DNA of 64,000 bases, from positions 2,773 through 66,772 of the forward strand of contig JAFOFC010000052.1 in NCBI GenBank assembly GCA_017387515.1, in the 5' to 3' direction. Below, one piece after another: positions 36,767 to 46,023 of this stretch. Source of the DNA: Paludibacteraceae bacterium (lineage in GTDB: Bacteria > Bacteroidota > Bacteroidia > Bacteroidales > Paludibacteraceae). The position numbers were made by a program, and so were the translations under genes. Each line of letters begins with the position of its first letter. The first letter of the stretch is position 1. The notes below the pieces were generated by a model. It was not told the origin of the DNA. It ran no database searches and saw only the letters and a list, made by a program, of their open reading frames with translations.

Positions 36767-37536
36767 ATCTTTTTAGGTAAATAATCGGTTTGTATGTTGC
36801 TCATAGAACCCCATAGGCTGTGGCGTGCTTGTGGGTTCATTTTTTCTAGCAAGGCCATTACCTGGCTCATGTCGCTGCGGTGCGAATCGCTTTCGTACGG
36901 GCAGTTTTTTACGGGTTTTACAAAGCCACGGATGCGTGCCATTTCTTTAATTTCGCTTTCGGCTATTAGGCACATGGGGCGAATAATATCCACGTCTACG
37001 TGGTTCATTTTGAGGTAGGGTGGCATGGTAGAAAAAGCCCCCTGAAAGGTTAAATTCATCAGTAGGGTAGCCAAAATATCGTCTTGATGATGGCCTAAGG
37101 CTATTTTGGTGCAGCCTAACTCTTTAGCCAATTCAAAAAGCTTTTTTCGGCGGTTCCAAGCGCATAAAAAACAAGGCGATTTGCGTGTATCGGTGCTGGC
37201 GTCAAAACTGCCCGTTACGTGGTGAAACGGTATGTTGAATTGTTTGCAATAATTTCTTAAATACTCAATATCAGATTGATACGGCACGTTGCTCATGCTT
37301 ACATGCGCAGCCACTACCTCAAACTTTGGCTTAAAAATAGCAGCACGTTTGGCAAACAGTTCCACCAAAGCCAGTGAATCCTTCCCGCCCGATAGCCCAA
37401 TAAGCACCTTATCGCCATCGGCAATAAGGCCATAATCTTTCAGTGCCTTACCAAACTTTTGGTGCAACTTAAAGATTATTCTGCTATCCTGTGGGGTTAA
37501 TTCTTCCATGTTCTTAACGTGCTTGCAAAAGTACAA
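36763..37536 (-). CDS. ttcA: PP-loop ATPase, tRNA 2-thiocytidine synthetase TtcA family
   Basis: 257-aa ORF with LIGLSGGKDSLAL (PP-loop), CFLCAWNRRKKLF and ALGHHQDDILATLLMNL. It overlaps the next gene by 4 nt. Confidence 0.75.
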   Translation of the reverse strand: MYFCKHVKNMEELTPQDSRIIFKLHQKFGKALKDYGLIADGDKVLIGLSGGKDSLALVELFAKRAAIFKPKFEVVAAHVSMSNVPYQSDIEYLRNYCKQFNIPFHHVTGSFDASTDTRKSPCFLCAWNRRKKLFELAKELGCTKIALGHHQDDILATLLMNLTFQGAFSTMPPYLKMNHVDVDIIRPMCLIAESEIKEMARIRGFVKPVKNCPYESDSHRSDMSQVMALLEKMNPQARHSLWGSMSNIQTDYLPKKI

Positions 37537-37601
37537 TAAATTTTGCTAATTATTGGTTCCTATCTCTAAATCTTCTTCACAACAAAAACTGCCAAAACAT
37601 A

Positions 37602-38309
37602 TTATTCTTTGTTTAGTAGTGACTCAATATCTTTGCTGAATTTGTATGTGTATTTTTCGCTGAAAAGGTGGCCGGTGTAGTACACTTCCAATAAGCCGTT
37701 GGCAAAATTTACATCCTGAATCCACATATCATCCACCTCTTGTGGCAATTTAAAACTACCCAAATAAGTGCCGTCTGATAATGAATAGAAGTCTAAACAA
37801 CGAAGTCTATTGTCTGTTTCCCAATTGTAGTTGCGGTGCTCAGGAGTAAGTAGAGCTATGTAACTATCGGTTACATAACCAATGCAAGTGGTGCAAATAC
37901 AGTTTGTTAAATCCAAAGACACGTTTTCGTTGCCTAAGTTTCTAAAGTCTTTATAACAAGCTACTTTGCCATCGGCATGAACCACTATAAATTTTGGAAT
38001 ACGATGAAACATAAGCACAGCATCACCCTTTGCATTTACTTTTTGACCATTGCAAACTACGTCCCAATATTCCATAAATGTGGTGTCTATTTCAAGCATT
38101 TCAGCAAAACCATCAATAGGAATTCTTTCTGCAGGGGCAGAGATAACTGGAGTTTGTCTTCTGTTTTCTTCAAAGTATTCGTGAGCAACAGTTTCTACTG
38201 TTAAGCCTTCTATAAATACACGATTGGGTTCTTCTTCGTATGAATAATCGCGACATGAAGTCATGAATGTTGCCAATGCAACGGCTGATAATAATAAGTA
38301 TTTTTTCAT
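37602..38309 (-). CDS. hypothetical lipoprotein
   Basis: 235-aa ORF with a lipobox (FMTSC). I do not recognise a family. It lies 12 nt downstream of the HTH gene on the same strand. Confidence 0.4.
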   Translation of the reverse strand: MKKYLLLSAVALATFMTSCRDYSYEEEPNRVFIEGLTVETVAHEYFEENRRQTPVISAPAERIPIDGFAEMLEIDTTFMEYWDVVCNGQKVNAKGDAVLMFHRIPKFIVVHADGKVACYKDFRNLGNENVSLDLTNCICTTCIGYVTDSYIALLTPEHRNYNWETDNRLRCLDFYSLSDGTYLGSFKLPQEVDDMWIQDVNFANGLLEVYYTGHLFSEKYTYKFSKDIESLLNKE

Positions 38310-38321
38310 AATTACTTGATT

Positions 38322-38528
38322 TTATTCTTTTACGTACTCTAAAATATCGGATGGTTGGCAGTCTAGTGCCTCGCAAATAGCCTCAAGCGTACCAAAACGT
38401 ATGGCCTTGGCTTTGCCTGTTTTTAGGATGGACAAGTTGGCTTGAGTGATGCCCACTTTCTCTGCCAATTCTCCAAGCGAGATTTTTCGCTTGGCCATCA
38501 TTACATCTAAATTTACAATTATTGGCAT
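38322..38528 (-). CDS. small XRE/Cro-type HTH transcriptional regulator (YozG-like)
   Basis: 68-aa ORF with NLDVMMAKRKISLGELAEKVGITQANLSILKTGKAKAIRFGTLEAICEALDCQPSDIL. Confidence 0.85.
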   Translation of the reverse strand: MPIIVNLDVMMAKRKISLGELAEKVGITQANLSILKTGKAKAIRFGTLEAICEALDCQPSDILEYVKE

Positions 38529-38532
38529 GGTG

Positions 38533-39258
38533 TTAAATAGTTAACGATTGTTCTTCTTTTAATAAAATAGAGTGCTTTAACATTTCGTTAAAAAGCAATA
38601 TAAGAAGGGCTACAATAATATCACCTAACAACAAATTAGGCATAATAAAATTCCAACCCACAATAGAAATGTGTGATGCTGTATAATAATGCGAAAACAA
38701 GCATAATGCATTGCTAAGTAACCCTGAAATAAGTAAATAGATACCTAGGCGAGTAAGCCGTTTTGATTGTTTATGTGTAAATATGCGTTCGCGGGTAAAA
38801 TTCCATAAAACGGTACAGGTTGATACTAAAATTAGGATGGTTAACACAAAGAGAAGAAGAGCAAAAATACTTTCAATAATGATGTAGGTAGTAAATACTT
38901 TTCTTATTTCATGTCTATTTTCTGAGGTCATTTTTAACCATACCATCGACATGCCAGATTCTTCTGTTTTTACTGTTAGATACGATGGTGCAGCCTTATC
39001 GTTTAATTGCACCGTTCCTAAATCGATAGTTGGTGAAACTTTTGCCGAATCGGTAGCCTCAATCCTACATGCCATAGGGAATGCAAATTCGGGTTTGGCA
39101 GGAGGAACCGCAGGCGAAGTTATCATAGGAGCTAACATGGCACCATGTTGTTTGAATGTGTTTCCTATTGCCAAAAGTAATAGCAAAACAGAAAGTACTT
39201 TAAAATATCTCATTTTATTTTCCATAATTATAAGTTTGTTAGTTAATAATTTGCGCAC
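38533..39258 (-). CDS. DUF2975-like multi-pass membrane protein
   Basis: Four predicted TM helices and a C-terminal ...LKEEQSLTI tail, typical of DUF2975 partners of YozG-like HTH genes. The start is uncertain, with Met candidates at 39258, 39225 and 39213. Confidence 0.6.
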   Translation of the reverse strand: MRKLLTNKLIIMENKMRYFKVLSVLLLLLAIGNTFKQHGAMLAPMITSPAVPPAKPEFAFPMACRIEATDSAKVSPTIDLGTVQLNDKAAPSYLTVKTEESGMSMVWLKMTSENRHEIRKVFTTYIIIESIFALLLFVLTILILVSTCTVLWNFTRERIFTHKQSKRLTRLGIYLLISGLLSNALCLFSHYYTASHISIVGWNFIMPNLLLGDIIVALLILLFNEMLKHSILLKEEQSLTI

Positions 39259-39368
39259 GAACTAATTAGTTTCACGATGCAAAGATACATACTTTTCTTG
39301 AAAAACAAAATAAATTTATTGAAAAACGATAAATATTTGTTTTGAAACGAAATTTTATGGGGTGTGGG

Positions 39369-39445
39369 TTATTCGCTTCGCTCATGAAGTTGCTCACGTT
39401 CGGCAAAACCAAGTAAACTTGTTTTTGCGCTCACTTAATCGCAAC
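39369..39445 (+). repeat. intergenic ~75-bp mosaic module, copy B
   Basis: TTATTCGCTTCGCTCATGAAGTTGCTCACGTTCGGCAAAACCAAGTAAACTTGTTTTTGCGCTCACTTAATCGCAAC, with the palindrome CAAGT-AA-ACTTG at 39410-39421. It is followed by short tandem units (CTTTCTC x2, ATCAA(C/T)T x2) at 39445-39478. Confidence 0.7.
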
Positions 39446-39484
39446 TTTCTCCTTTCTCCTTTATCAACTATCAATTATTTTTCG

Positions 39485-39492
39485 TATATTTG
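39485..39492 (+). promoter_or_regulatory. putative -7 promoter box (TATATTTG) for mutAB
   Basis: It lies 46 nt upstream of the ATG at 39538. Confidence 0.4.
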
Positions 39493-39537
39493 TGGCTCGT
39501 ATGTAAATATTTAAGGACACTGTTAAAAACAAATAGT

Positions 39538-41397
39538 ATGACACAAAAGAAACTTAATTTTTTGGCCGACTTTCCTGCTATTTCTACGCAAGAATGGATG
39601 GACAAAATTACTGCCGACCTTAAAGGCGCAGACTTTACCAAAAAGTTGGTTTGGAGAACTCCAGAAGGCTTTAATGTAATGCCTTTTTATCGTCAAGAAG
39701 ACTTGGCATCGTTGCAAACCACTCAATCGGCTCCTGGCGAATTCCCATTCGTTCGTGGTACCAAAGAAAACAACCAATGGTTGGTACGTCAAGACATCAA
39801 CGCTAAAGCATGCGTAAAAAGCGCTAATGCCAAAGCATTGGACGTTCTTAACAAAGGCATTGACTCACTTTGCTTCCAATTGGGCAAAGAACTATCGGCC
39901 GAAACCATCGAAACCCTTTTGGCTGGTATCAAAGCTGATGCTATTGAATTGAACTTTAAAGTATGCGTACGCAAAGCGCCCGAATTGGCAAGCTTGCTTA
40001 TTGCTTACTTCAAAAAAGAAGGTTACAACTTGGCAGAACTAAAAGGTTCTATTTGCTGCGACCCTATCAACGCTATGCTAACCAAAGGCAAAGCATTGAG
40101 CGCAGAAGAAGTAACCGAAATTGCTAAAAATGCTGTAGAAGCTGCTGTAGAATTGCCTAAATACCGCATGATTGGTGTAAACGCTGTTAGCTTGAACAAC
40201 GCAGGTGTTTACTGCTCGCAAGAATTAGGCTATGCCTTGGCTTGGGGTAACCAATACCTAGAAATGCTTACCGAAGCAGGTATGGACGTAGACGCTGCTG
40301 CTAAATCTATCAAATTTGCGTTTGGTATTGGCGGTAACTACTTTATGGAAATTGCTAAATTCCGTGCAGCTCGTTTGTTGTGGGCTAAAATTGTAGAAGC
40401 ATACGCTCCTAAATGCTTGTGCGCTGCCAAAATGAAAGCTCATGCTGTAACCAGCACGTACAATAAAACCGTATACGATGCACACGTAAACTTGCTACGT
40501 ACCCAAACCGAAGCCATGAGTGCTGCGTTGGGTGGGGTAGATTCTATTACTGTGTTGCCTTTTGATGTTACTTACCAAGCTTCGGACGATTTTTCTGAAC
40601 GTATTGCACGCAACCAACAATTGCTATTGAAAGAAGAGTCTAACTTTGACAAAGTAATTGACCCTGCTGCTGGTTCTTACTACATCGAAAACCTAACCGC
40701 TATGGTAGCAGAACAAGCTTGGAATTTGTTCTTGCAAGTACAAAACGAAGGTGGTTTCTTTGCTGCTGTTAGCGCTGGTTCTATTCAAAAAGCCGTTGCC
40801 GAAAACGCTGCTAAACGTGCTAAAGACGTGGCATCGCGCAAAGAAATTTTGTTGGGTACCAACCAATTCCCTAACTTTAACGAAATGGCTGCTTCAAAAA
40901 TCAGCAAAGAAGCTTGCGCTTGCAAATGCGGTTGCGCTACCGAAGCTGGTTTGGATAAATTGCCTGCTGGTCGTGCTGCCGAAGCCTTTGAAAGCTTGCG
41001 CTTAGCTACCGAAGCTGCTGCAAAACGTCCTAAAGCCTTTATGCTTACCATTGGTAACTTGGCTATGCGTTTGGCTCGTTCGCAATTCTCTTGCAACTTC
41101 TTTGCATGCGCTGGTTACGAAGTTATCGATAACCTTGGCTTTGCTACTGTAGAAGAAGGTGTAGCTGCTGCTCAAGCTGCTGGTGCCGATATCATTGTTC
41201 TTTGCTCTAGCGACGATGAATACGCCGAATTGGCAGTTCCTGCATTTAAAGCTATTGATGGCAAACAAATCTTTGTAGTAGCAGGTGCTCCTGCTTGCAT
41301 GGAAGATTTACAAGCTGCAGGCATCGAGAACTTTATTCATGTACGTGTAAACGTGCTTGAAACCTTGAAAGCATTCAATAAACAATTAGGCATTTAA
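39538..41397 (+). CDS. mutA: methylmalonyl-CoA mutase small (beta) subunit
   Basis: I prefer the start MTQKKLNFLADFP... at 39538. The mutase-fold region includes FAFGIGGNYFMEIAKFRAARLLWAKIVEAY. The C-terminal B12-domain-like region lacks the DxHxxG motif, as expected for the beta subunit. Confidence 0.85.
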   Translation: MTQKKLNFLADFPAISTQEWMDKITADLKGADFTKKLVWRTPEGFNVMPFYRQEDLASLQTTQSAPGEFPFVRGTKENNQWLVRQDINAKACVKSANAKALDVLNKGIDSLCFQLGKELSAETIETLLAGIKADAIELNFKVCVRKAPELASLLIAYFKKEGYNLAELKGSICCDPINAMLTKGKALSAEEVTEIAKNAVEAAVELPKYRMIGVNAVSLNNAGVYCSQELGYALAWGNQYLEMLTEAGMDVDAAAKSIKFAFGIGGNYFMEIAKFRAARLLWAKIVEAYAPKCLCAAKMKAHAVTSTYNKTVYDAHVNLLRTQTEAMSAALGGVDSITVLPFDVTYQASDDFSERIARNQQLLLKEESNFDKVIDPAAGSYYIENLTAMVAEQAWNLFLQVQNEGGFFAAVSAGSIQKAVAENAAKRAKDVASRKEILLGTNQFPNFNEMAASKISKEACACKCGCATEAGLDKLPAGRAAEAFESLRLATEAAAKRPKAFMLTIGNLAMRLARSQFSCNFFACAGYEVIDNLGFATVEEGVAAAQAAGADIIVLCSSDDEYAELAVPAFKAIDGKQIFVVAGAPACMEDLQAAGIENFIHVRVNVLETLKAFNKQLGI

Positions 41398-41430
41398 TAA
41401 TAAGGTGTAGCATTTAAAAATGAAAATTGT

Positions 41431-43557
41431 ATGAAACCAAATTTTAATACCATAGACATTAAAAACGTTGCTGCATCTCAATATGCCGGTAACAACGAAA
41501 GCAACTGGACTACATCGGAACAAATTCCTGTAAAACCAGTTTATACCCAAGAAGATATCAAAGATTTTGATTTCTTGAACTATGCTGCAGGTCTTCCTCC
41601 TTTCTTGCGTGGACCTTATAGCGGTATGTATCCTATGCGTCCTTGGACCATCCGTCAATACGCAGGTTTCTCTACTGCAGAAGAATCAAACGCATTCTAT
41701 CGTCGTAACTTGGCATCGGGCCAAAAAGGTCTTTCGGTGGCATTCGACTTGGCTACTCACCGTGGCTACGACGCCGATCACGAACGCGTTGTAGGTGACG
41801 TAGGTAAAGCAGGTGTATCTATCTGCTCGGTAGAAGACATGAAAGTATTGTTCGACGGTATTCCATTGAACAAAATGTCAGTATCGATGACCATGAACGG
41901 TGCGGTGCTTCCTATCTTGGCGTTCTACATCAACGCAGGTTTGGAACAAGGCGCTAAACTAGAAGAAATGGCTGGTACCATTCAAAACGATATCTTAAAA
42001 GAATTTATGGTGCGTAATACCTATATTTATCCTCCTAAATTCTCGATGAAGATTATTGCTGATATCTTTGAATATACCTCTAAAAACATGCCTAAATTTA
42101 ACTCGATTTCTATTTCGGGTTACCACATGCAAGAAGCTGGTGCTACTGCCGACATCGAGTTGGCTTACACCTTGGCCGATGGTTTGGAATACTTGCGTGC
42201 TGGTGTAAACGCAGGCATGGATATCGACGCATTTGCTCCTCGTTTGTCTTTCTTCTGGGCAATTGGTACCAACCACTTTATGGAAATTGCTAAAATGCGT
42301 GCTGCTCGTATGTTGTGGGCTCGCATCGTAAAACAATTCAATCCTAAAAACCCAAAATCGTTGGCATTGCGTACACACTGCCAAACTTCGGGTTGGTCGC
42401 TAACCGAGCAAGATCCATTTAACAACGTAGGTCGTACTTGTATCGAAGCTATGGGTGCTGCTTTGGGTCACACCCAATCGTTGCACACTAACGCATTGGA
42501 CGAAGCCATTGCACTTCCTACCGACTTCTCGGCTCGTATTGCTCGTAATACCCAAATTTACATCCAAGAAGAAACCAAAATCTGTAAAGAAATTGACCCA
42601 TGGGCTGGTTCTTACTACATCGAATCGTTGACCAACGAATTGGCAGAAAAAGCTTGGGCTCACATCGAAGAAATTGAAAAATTGGGTGGTATGGCTGCTG
42701 CTATCGAAACCGGTATTCCAAAAATGCGTATCGAAGAAGCGGCTGCTCGTACTCAATCTCGTATCGACTCGGGTGCTCAAACCATCGTGGGTGTTAATAA
42801 ATACCGTTTGGATCACGAAGATCCTATCGATATCTTGGAAGTAGACAATACCGCTGTACGTAAACAACAAATTGAACGTTTGCAAGCTTTGCGCGCTAAC
42901 CGTAACGAAGCCGATGTTAAGAAAGCATTGGAAGCCATTACCGAATGCGTTAAAACTGGCAAAGGCAACTTGTTGGAATTAGCAGTAGAAGCTGCTCGTG
43001 TTCGTGCTTCGTTGGGCGAAATCTCTGACGCTTGCGAAGTGGTAGTAGGACGTTATAAAGCAACCATTAGAACTATTTCAGGCGTGTATAGCTCAGAAAC
43101 TAAAAACAACGACGAGTTCAAAAAAGCCCTTGAACTTACTGGCGAATTCGCTAAAAAAGAAGGTCGTCAACCTCGTATCATGATTGCAAAAATGGGTCAA
43201 GACGGTCACGACCGTGGTGCTAAAGTTGTAGCAACTGGTTTTGCCGACTGTGGCTTTGACGTAGACATGGGTCCTTTGTTCCAAACTCCAGCCGAAGCTG
43301 CTAAACAAGCAGTAGAAAACGACGTTCACGTACTTGGTGTTTCGTCTTTGGCTGCTGGTCACAAAACATTGGTTCCTCAAGTAATGGAAGAATTGAAAAA
43401 ACTAGGTCGCGAAGACATCATCGTTATTGCTGGTGGTGTTATTCCTGCACAAGACTATGAATACTTGTACAATGCAGGCGTAGCTGCTATCTTTGGTCCT
43501 GGTACTTCTGTTATGAAATCGGCCATCGAAATCATGAACATCCTATTGGAAGATTAA
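41431..43557 (+). CDS. mutB: methylmalonyl-CoA mutase large (alpha) subunit
   Basis: 708-aa ORF with [68 protein letters not shown] and the B12-binding [13 protein letters not shown] motif. Confidence 0.95.
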   Translation: MKPNFNTIDIKNVAASQYAGNNESNWTTSEQIPVKPVYTQEDIKDFDFLNYAAGLPPFLRGPYSGMYPMRPWTIRQYAGFSTAEESNAFYRRNLASGQKGLSVAFDLATHRGYDADHERVVGDVGKAGVSICSVEDMKVLFDGIPLNKMSVSMTMNGAVLPILAFYINAGLEQGAKLEEMAGTIQNDILKEFMVRNTYIYPPKFSMKIIADIFEYTSKNMPKFNSISISGYHMQEAGATADIELAYTLADGLEYLRAGVNAGMDIDAFAPRLSFFWAIGTNHFMEIAKMRAARMLWARIVKQFNPKNPKSLALRTHCQTSGWSLTEQDPFNNVGRTCIEAMGAALGHTQSLHTNALDEAIALPTDFSARIARNTQIYIQEETKICKEIDPWAGSYYIESLTNELAEKAWAHIEEIEKLGGMAAAIETGIPKMRIEEAAARTQSRIDSGAQTIVGVNKYRLDHEDPIDILEVDNTAVRKQQIERLQALRANRNEADVKKALEAITECVKTGKGNLLELAVEAARVRASLGEISDACEVVVGRYKATIRTISGVYSSETKNNDEFKKALELTGEFAKKEGRQPRIMIAKMGQDGHDRGAKVVATGFADCGFDVDMGPLFQTPAEAAKQAVENDVHVLGVSSLAAGHKTLVPQVMEELKKLGREDIIVIAGGVIPAQDYEYLYNAGVAAIFGPGTSVMKSAIEIMNILLED

Positions 43558-43580
43558 TTTATTTCTTTTCCGATACCCAA

Positions 43581-43619
43581 AAGCGGTCCCTGAGCTTGTC
43601 GAAGGGCCCGCTTTTTTTA
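43581..43619 (+). terminator. intrinsic terminator after mutB, built from conserved-loop hairpin repeat copy 5
   Basis: GCGG-T-CCC TGAGCTTGTCGAA GGG-C-CCGC followed by TTTTTTT, 24 nt after the mutB stop. Confidence 0.75.
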
Positions 43620-43656
43620 TTTTCATCGCATCGCCTCACCGAATTTCTTTCGGCGC

Positions 43657-43839
43657 TTCATCTTCCGACTTGGTTTCCGGTCGGGATTTACACATACAAA
43701 AACTACAAAATGTGAACTCGCTTCGCTCAAACAACACATTTTGCTTCACGTTTTTGCACATATAAATCTTTTTCCGACCTCCACCAAATGTCGTCAGATT
43801 GAATCGCCTCAACGCCTAAACGACTAAACACCTAAACAA
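43657..43839 (-). repeat. ~183-bp dispersed intergenic element, copy 2 (inverted relative to copy 1)
   Basis: It aligns with the reverse complement of 26947-27127 at about 95% identity. Confidence 0.85.
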
Positions 43840-43855
43840 CTATACATTGACTCTC

Positions 43856-43897
43856 CGATTAGTCGATTAGTCGATTAGTCGATTCACCGATTCACCA
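43856..43897. repeat. 8-bp microsatellite arrays (CGATTAGT x3-4, then CGATTCAC x2)
   Basis: CCGATTAGTCGATTAGTCGATTAGTCGATTCACCGATTCACC. The same units occur in both orientations at 6767-6797 and 6887-6913. Confidence 0.85.
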
Positions 43898-44064
43898 TTC
43901 GCGAAGCGAATTTATTACATCAACGTTACAAAACGACTACGTGGAAACTTTTTGCGTAAAATAGTTTCTTTGGAAAGTGTTGATAATCAGTGTAATGTTG
44001 TAAATAAATATTTTTTAAACAAATTTTTAACACTTAGTTAAGTACTACAAAATCGCATTTATTA

Positions 44065-44072
44065 TATTTTTG
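44065..44072 (+). promoter_or_regulatory. putative -7 promoter box (TATTTTTG) for the tetR-like gene
   Basis: It lies 12-21 nt upstream of the candidate starts, GTG at 44084 and ATG at 44093. Confidence 0.35.
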
Positions 44073-44083
44073 CGCTCGTTATA

Positions 44084-44713
44084 GTGCAGAAAATGGACTC
44101 TTTGGTACGTTCAAATATTATAAAGGTAGCCGAATCGCTTTTTGTTAAGTATGGCATAAAGTCGATTAAGGTGGATGATATATGCAACGAATTGCATATG
44201 TCTAAAAAAACCTTTTATACCGAATTTGAAAACAAAGAGGCGCTAATAGAAATTGTGTGGGATAACATTTGTAAAAAAGGTCCAGAACGCTTTCATAATA
44301 TCAGCGAGATTGATACGTGCGATAATATCATCGACTTGTGGATGCAAGGCCCCTCGCTTGCAGCACGCGAACACAATAAAAAATACGAAATCTTTGTGTA
44401 CGATTTGCTTAAATATTACCCAGAGATTCATCGTAAACAAGCAGTTCAAAGAGAAAAACAAATTTGCGATACGCTTCGTAGAGTGCTTACTAGAGGTATA
44501 GAACAAGGTCTGTTTCGTTCCGATTTAAATATTGACTATTTAATTCCTCTTTGTAATGGTTGGAACGACATGGCTATTGAGGCTTTTTTAAAAATGCCAA
44601 AAAGCGAACATAAAAACTATTTGCGCTTTTTATTGGACGCGTTTATGCATTTGGTATGTAGTGAAGAAGGCTTAGCCTACTACCTAAATAATCACTATCA
44701 ACTAGAAAAATAA
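44084..44713 (+). CDS. TetR/AcrR family transcriptional regulator
   Basis: 209-aa ORF with an N-terminal HTH: IIKVAESLFVKYGIKSIKVDDICNELHMSKKTFYTEFENKEALI. It is directly upstream of the efflux genes. Confidence 0.8.
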   Translation: MQKMDSLVRSNIIKVAESLFVKYGIKSIKVDDICNELHMSKKTFYTEFENKEALIEIVWDNICKKGPERFHNISEIDTCDNIIDLWMQGPSLAAREHNKKYEIFVYDLLKYYPEIHRKQAVQREKQICDTLRRVLTRGIEQGLFRSDLNIDYLIPLCNGWNDMAIEAFLKMPKSEHKNYLRFLLDAFMHLVCSEEGLAYYLNNHYQLEK

Positions 44714-44733
44714 TTAGTATTATATAATAAGGT

Positions 44734-46020
44734 ATGAAAAGAAGATTGATTGTATGTTTGCTGCCCTTGTTTTGGGCGTTGACCGCAATGGCGCAACTAC
44801 CCGAAACCATGTTGCTTAGTTTAGAGGGAGCAAAACAGTATGCTGTAGAACACAACAGAACCGTGCAAAATGCTGGTTTAAGCGTAAAACAAGCCGAAGC
44901 GGCTCGTTGGCAAACCATTGCTAGTATGTTGCCTCAGGTATCGGGTTCGTTAGATTACGCGAATATGTGTGGATACGAAATAAAATTGGCAGGTATGCCT
45001 ATCCCCATGAATCCAACGGGTAGTTTGTCTTTGCAAGCTTCTATGACCATTGGTGGCCAACAAATAGTAGGTTCGCTTATTTCTAATTTAGCCATAGAAA
45101 TGCAAGATGTGGCCAAGGCTAAAACGGTTCAAGCCATTGAGGCTAACGTTACCAATGTGTATGTAAACATTTTAGCCACTACCGAAACCGTTGATTTATT
45201 GCGCAAAAACTTGGGTAACTTGCAAAGTTTATACAAAATGACCCAAAATGCGGTAGAGGTAGGTGCTGCCGAACAAATTGATGCCGATCAACTTTCGGTG
45301 CAAGTAGCATCGATGGAAAGCGCCATCAATACCACCGAACGTACTGTTGAGGTGTTGTTTAGTTCGCTACGTTTGTTATTGGGGGTATCGGCCGATGAGG
45401 TAATTGATCTTACCGACGATTTGGATAACATTCTAAATGCCGACGAGGCCATGAAACTATTGTCTACCGAATTGGTGTTAGAAGAAAACTACGATTATGC
45501 GTTGTCTAAAAAGCAAGCCGAACTAGCCCAAAAGCAAGTAACGCTTAAAGCTATGGAATATGTGCCTACCCTTACTGGTTTTTATCAATACAGCGGTAAA
45601 ACTTACTTTGGCCAAGCCGAAGGCATGAACATGACCCCTCCTAATACCGTAGGGGTAACATTGAGTGTGCCTATTTGGTCTAGTGGTGTGCGTGCTGCTG
45701 GTGTTACCGAAAAGAAATTGGCTGCTCAAGCGGCTCAAAATACCTTGGCAGATACCGAAGATCAACTAAAAGTACAAGACCGTCAGTACCGTTACGATTT
45801 GGTATCGGCTTACGATAATTACCAAATTCAAAAACGTAACATCGAAGTTACGCAACGTGTATTTGATAATATGGCTAAAAAATTTGAATACGGTTATGCG
45901 TCGTCGTTAGATGTAACCAACACCAGTACTAATTTGATTAGTGCTCAACAAAATTACATTCAGGCGCTTACATCGATGGTACAAGCCCATGTTAATCTTA
46001 AAAACTTATTAAATAAATAG
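44734..46020 (+). CDS. TolC-family outer membrane efflux protein
   Basis: 428-aa ORF with a signal peptide and the two-repeat OEP pattern (LSLEGAKQYAVEHNRTVQNA...; ...NYIQALTSMVQAHVNLKNLL). Confidence 0.85.
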   Translation: MKRRLIVCLLPLFWALTAMAQLPETMLLSLEGAKQYAVEHNRTVQNAGLSVKQAEAARWQTIASMLPQVSGSLDYANMCGYEIKLAGMPIPMNPTGSLSLQASMTIGGQQIVGSLISNLAIEMQDVAKAKTVQAIEANVTNVYVNILATTETVDLLRKNLGNLQSLYKMTQNAVEVGAAEQIDADQLSVQVASMESAINTTERTVEVLFSSLRLLLGVSADEVIDLTDDLDNILNADEAMKLLSTELVLEENYDYALSKKQAELAQKQVTLKAMEYVPTLTGFYQYSGKTYFGQAEGMNMTPPNTVGVTLSVPIWSSGVRAAGVTEKKLAAQAAQNTLADTEDQLKVQDRQYRYDLVSAYDNYQIQKRNIEVTQRVFDNMAKKFEYGYASSLDVTNTSTNLISAQQNYIQALTSMVQAHVNLKNLLNK

Positions 46021-46023
46021 TCC

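Noticed and set aside
44028-44050. A possible TetR operator: the small inverted repeat ACTTA-GT-TAAGT upstream of the tetR-like gene.
   Set aside because: The arms are only 5 bp and occur in AT-rich DNA, which is well within chance expectation. There is no second copy upstream of the tolC-like gene.
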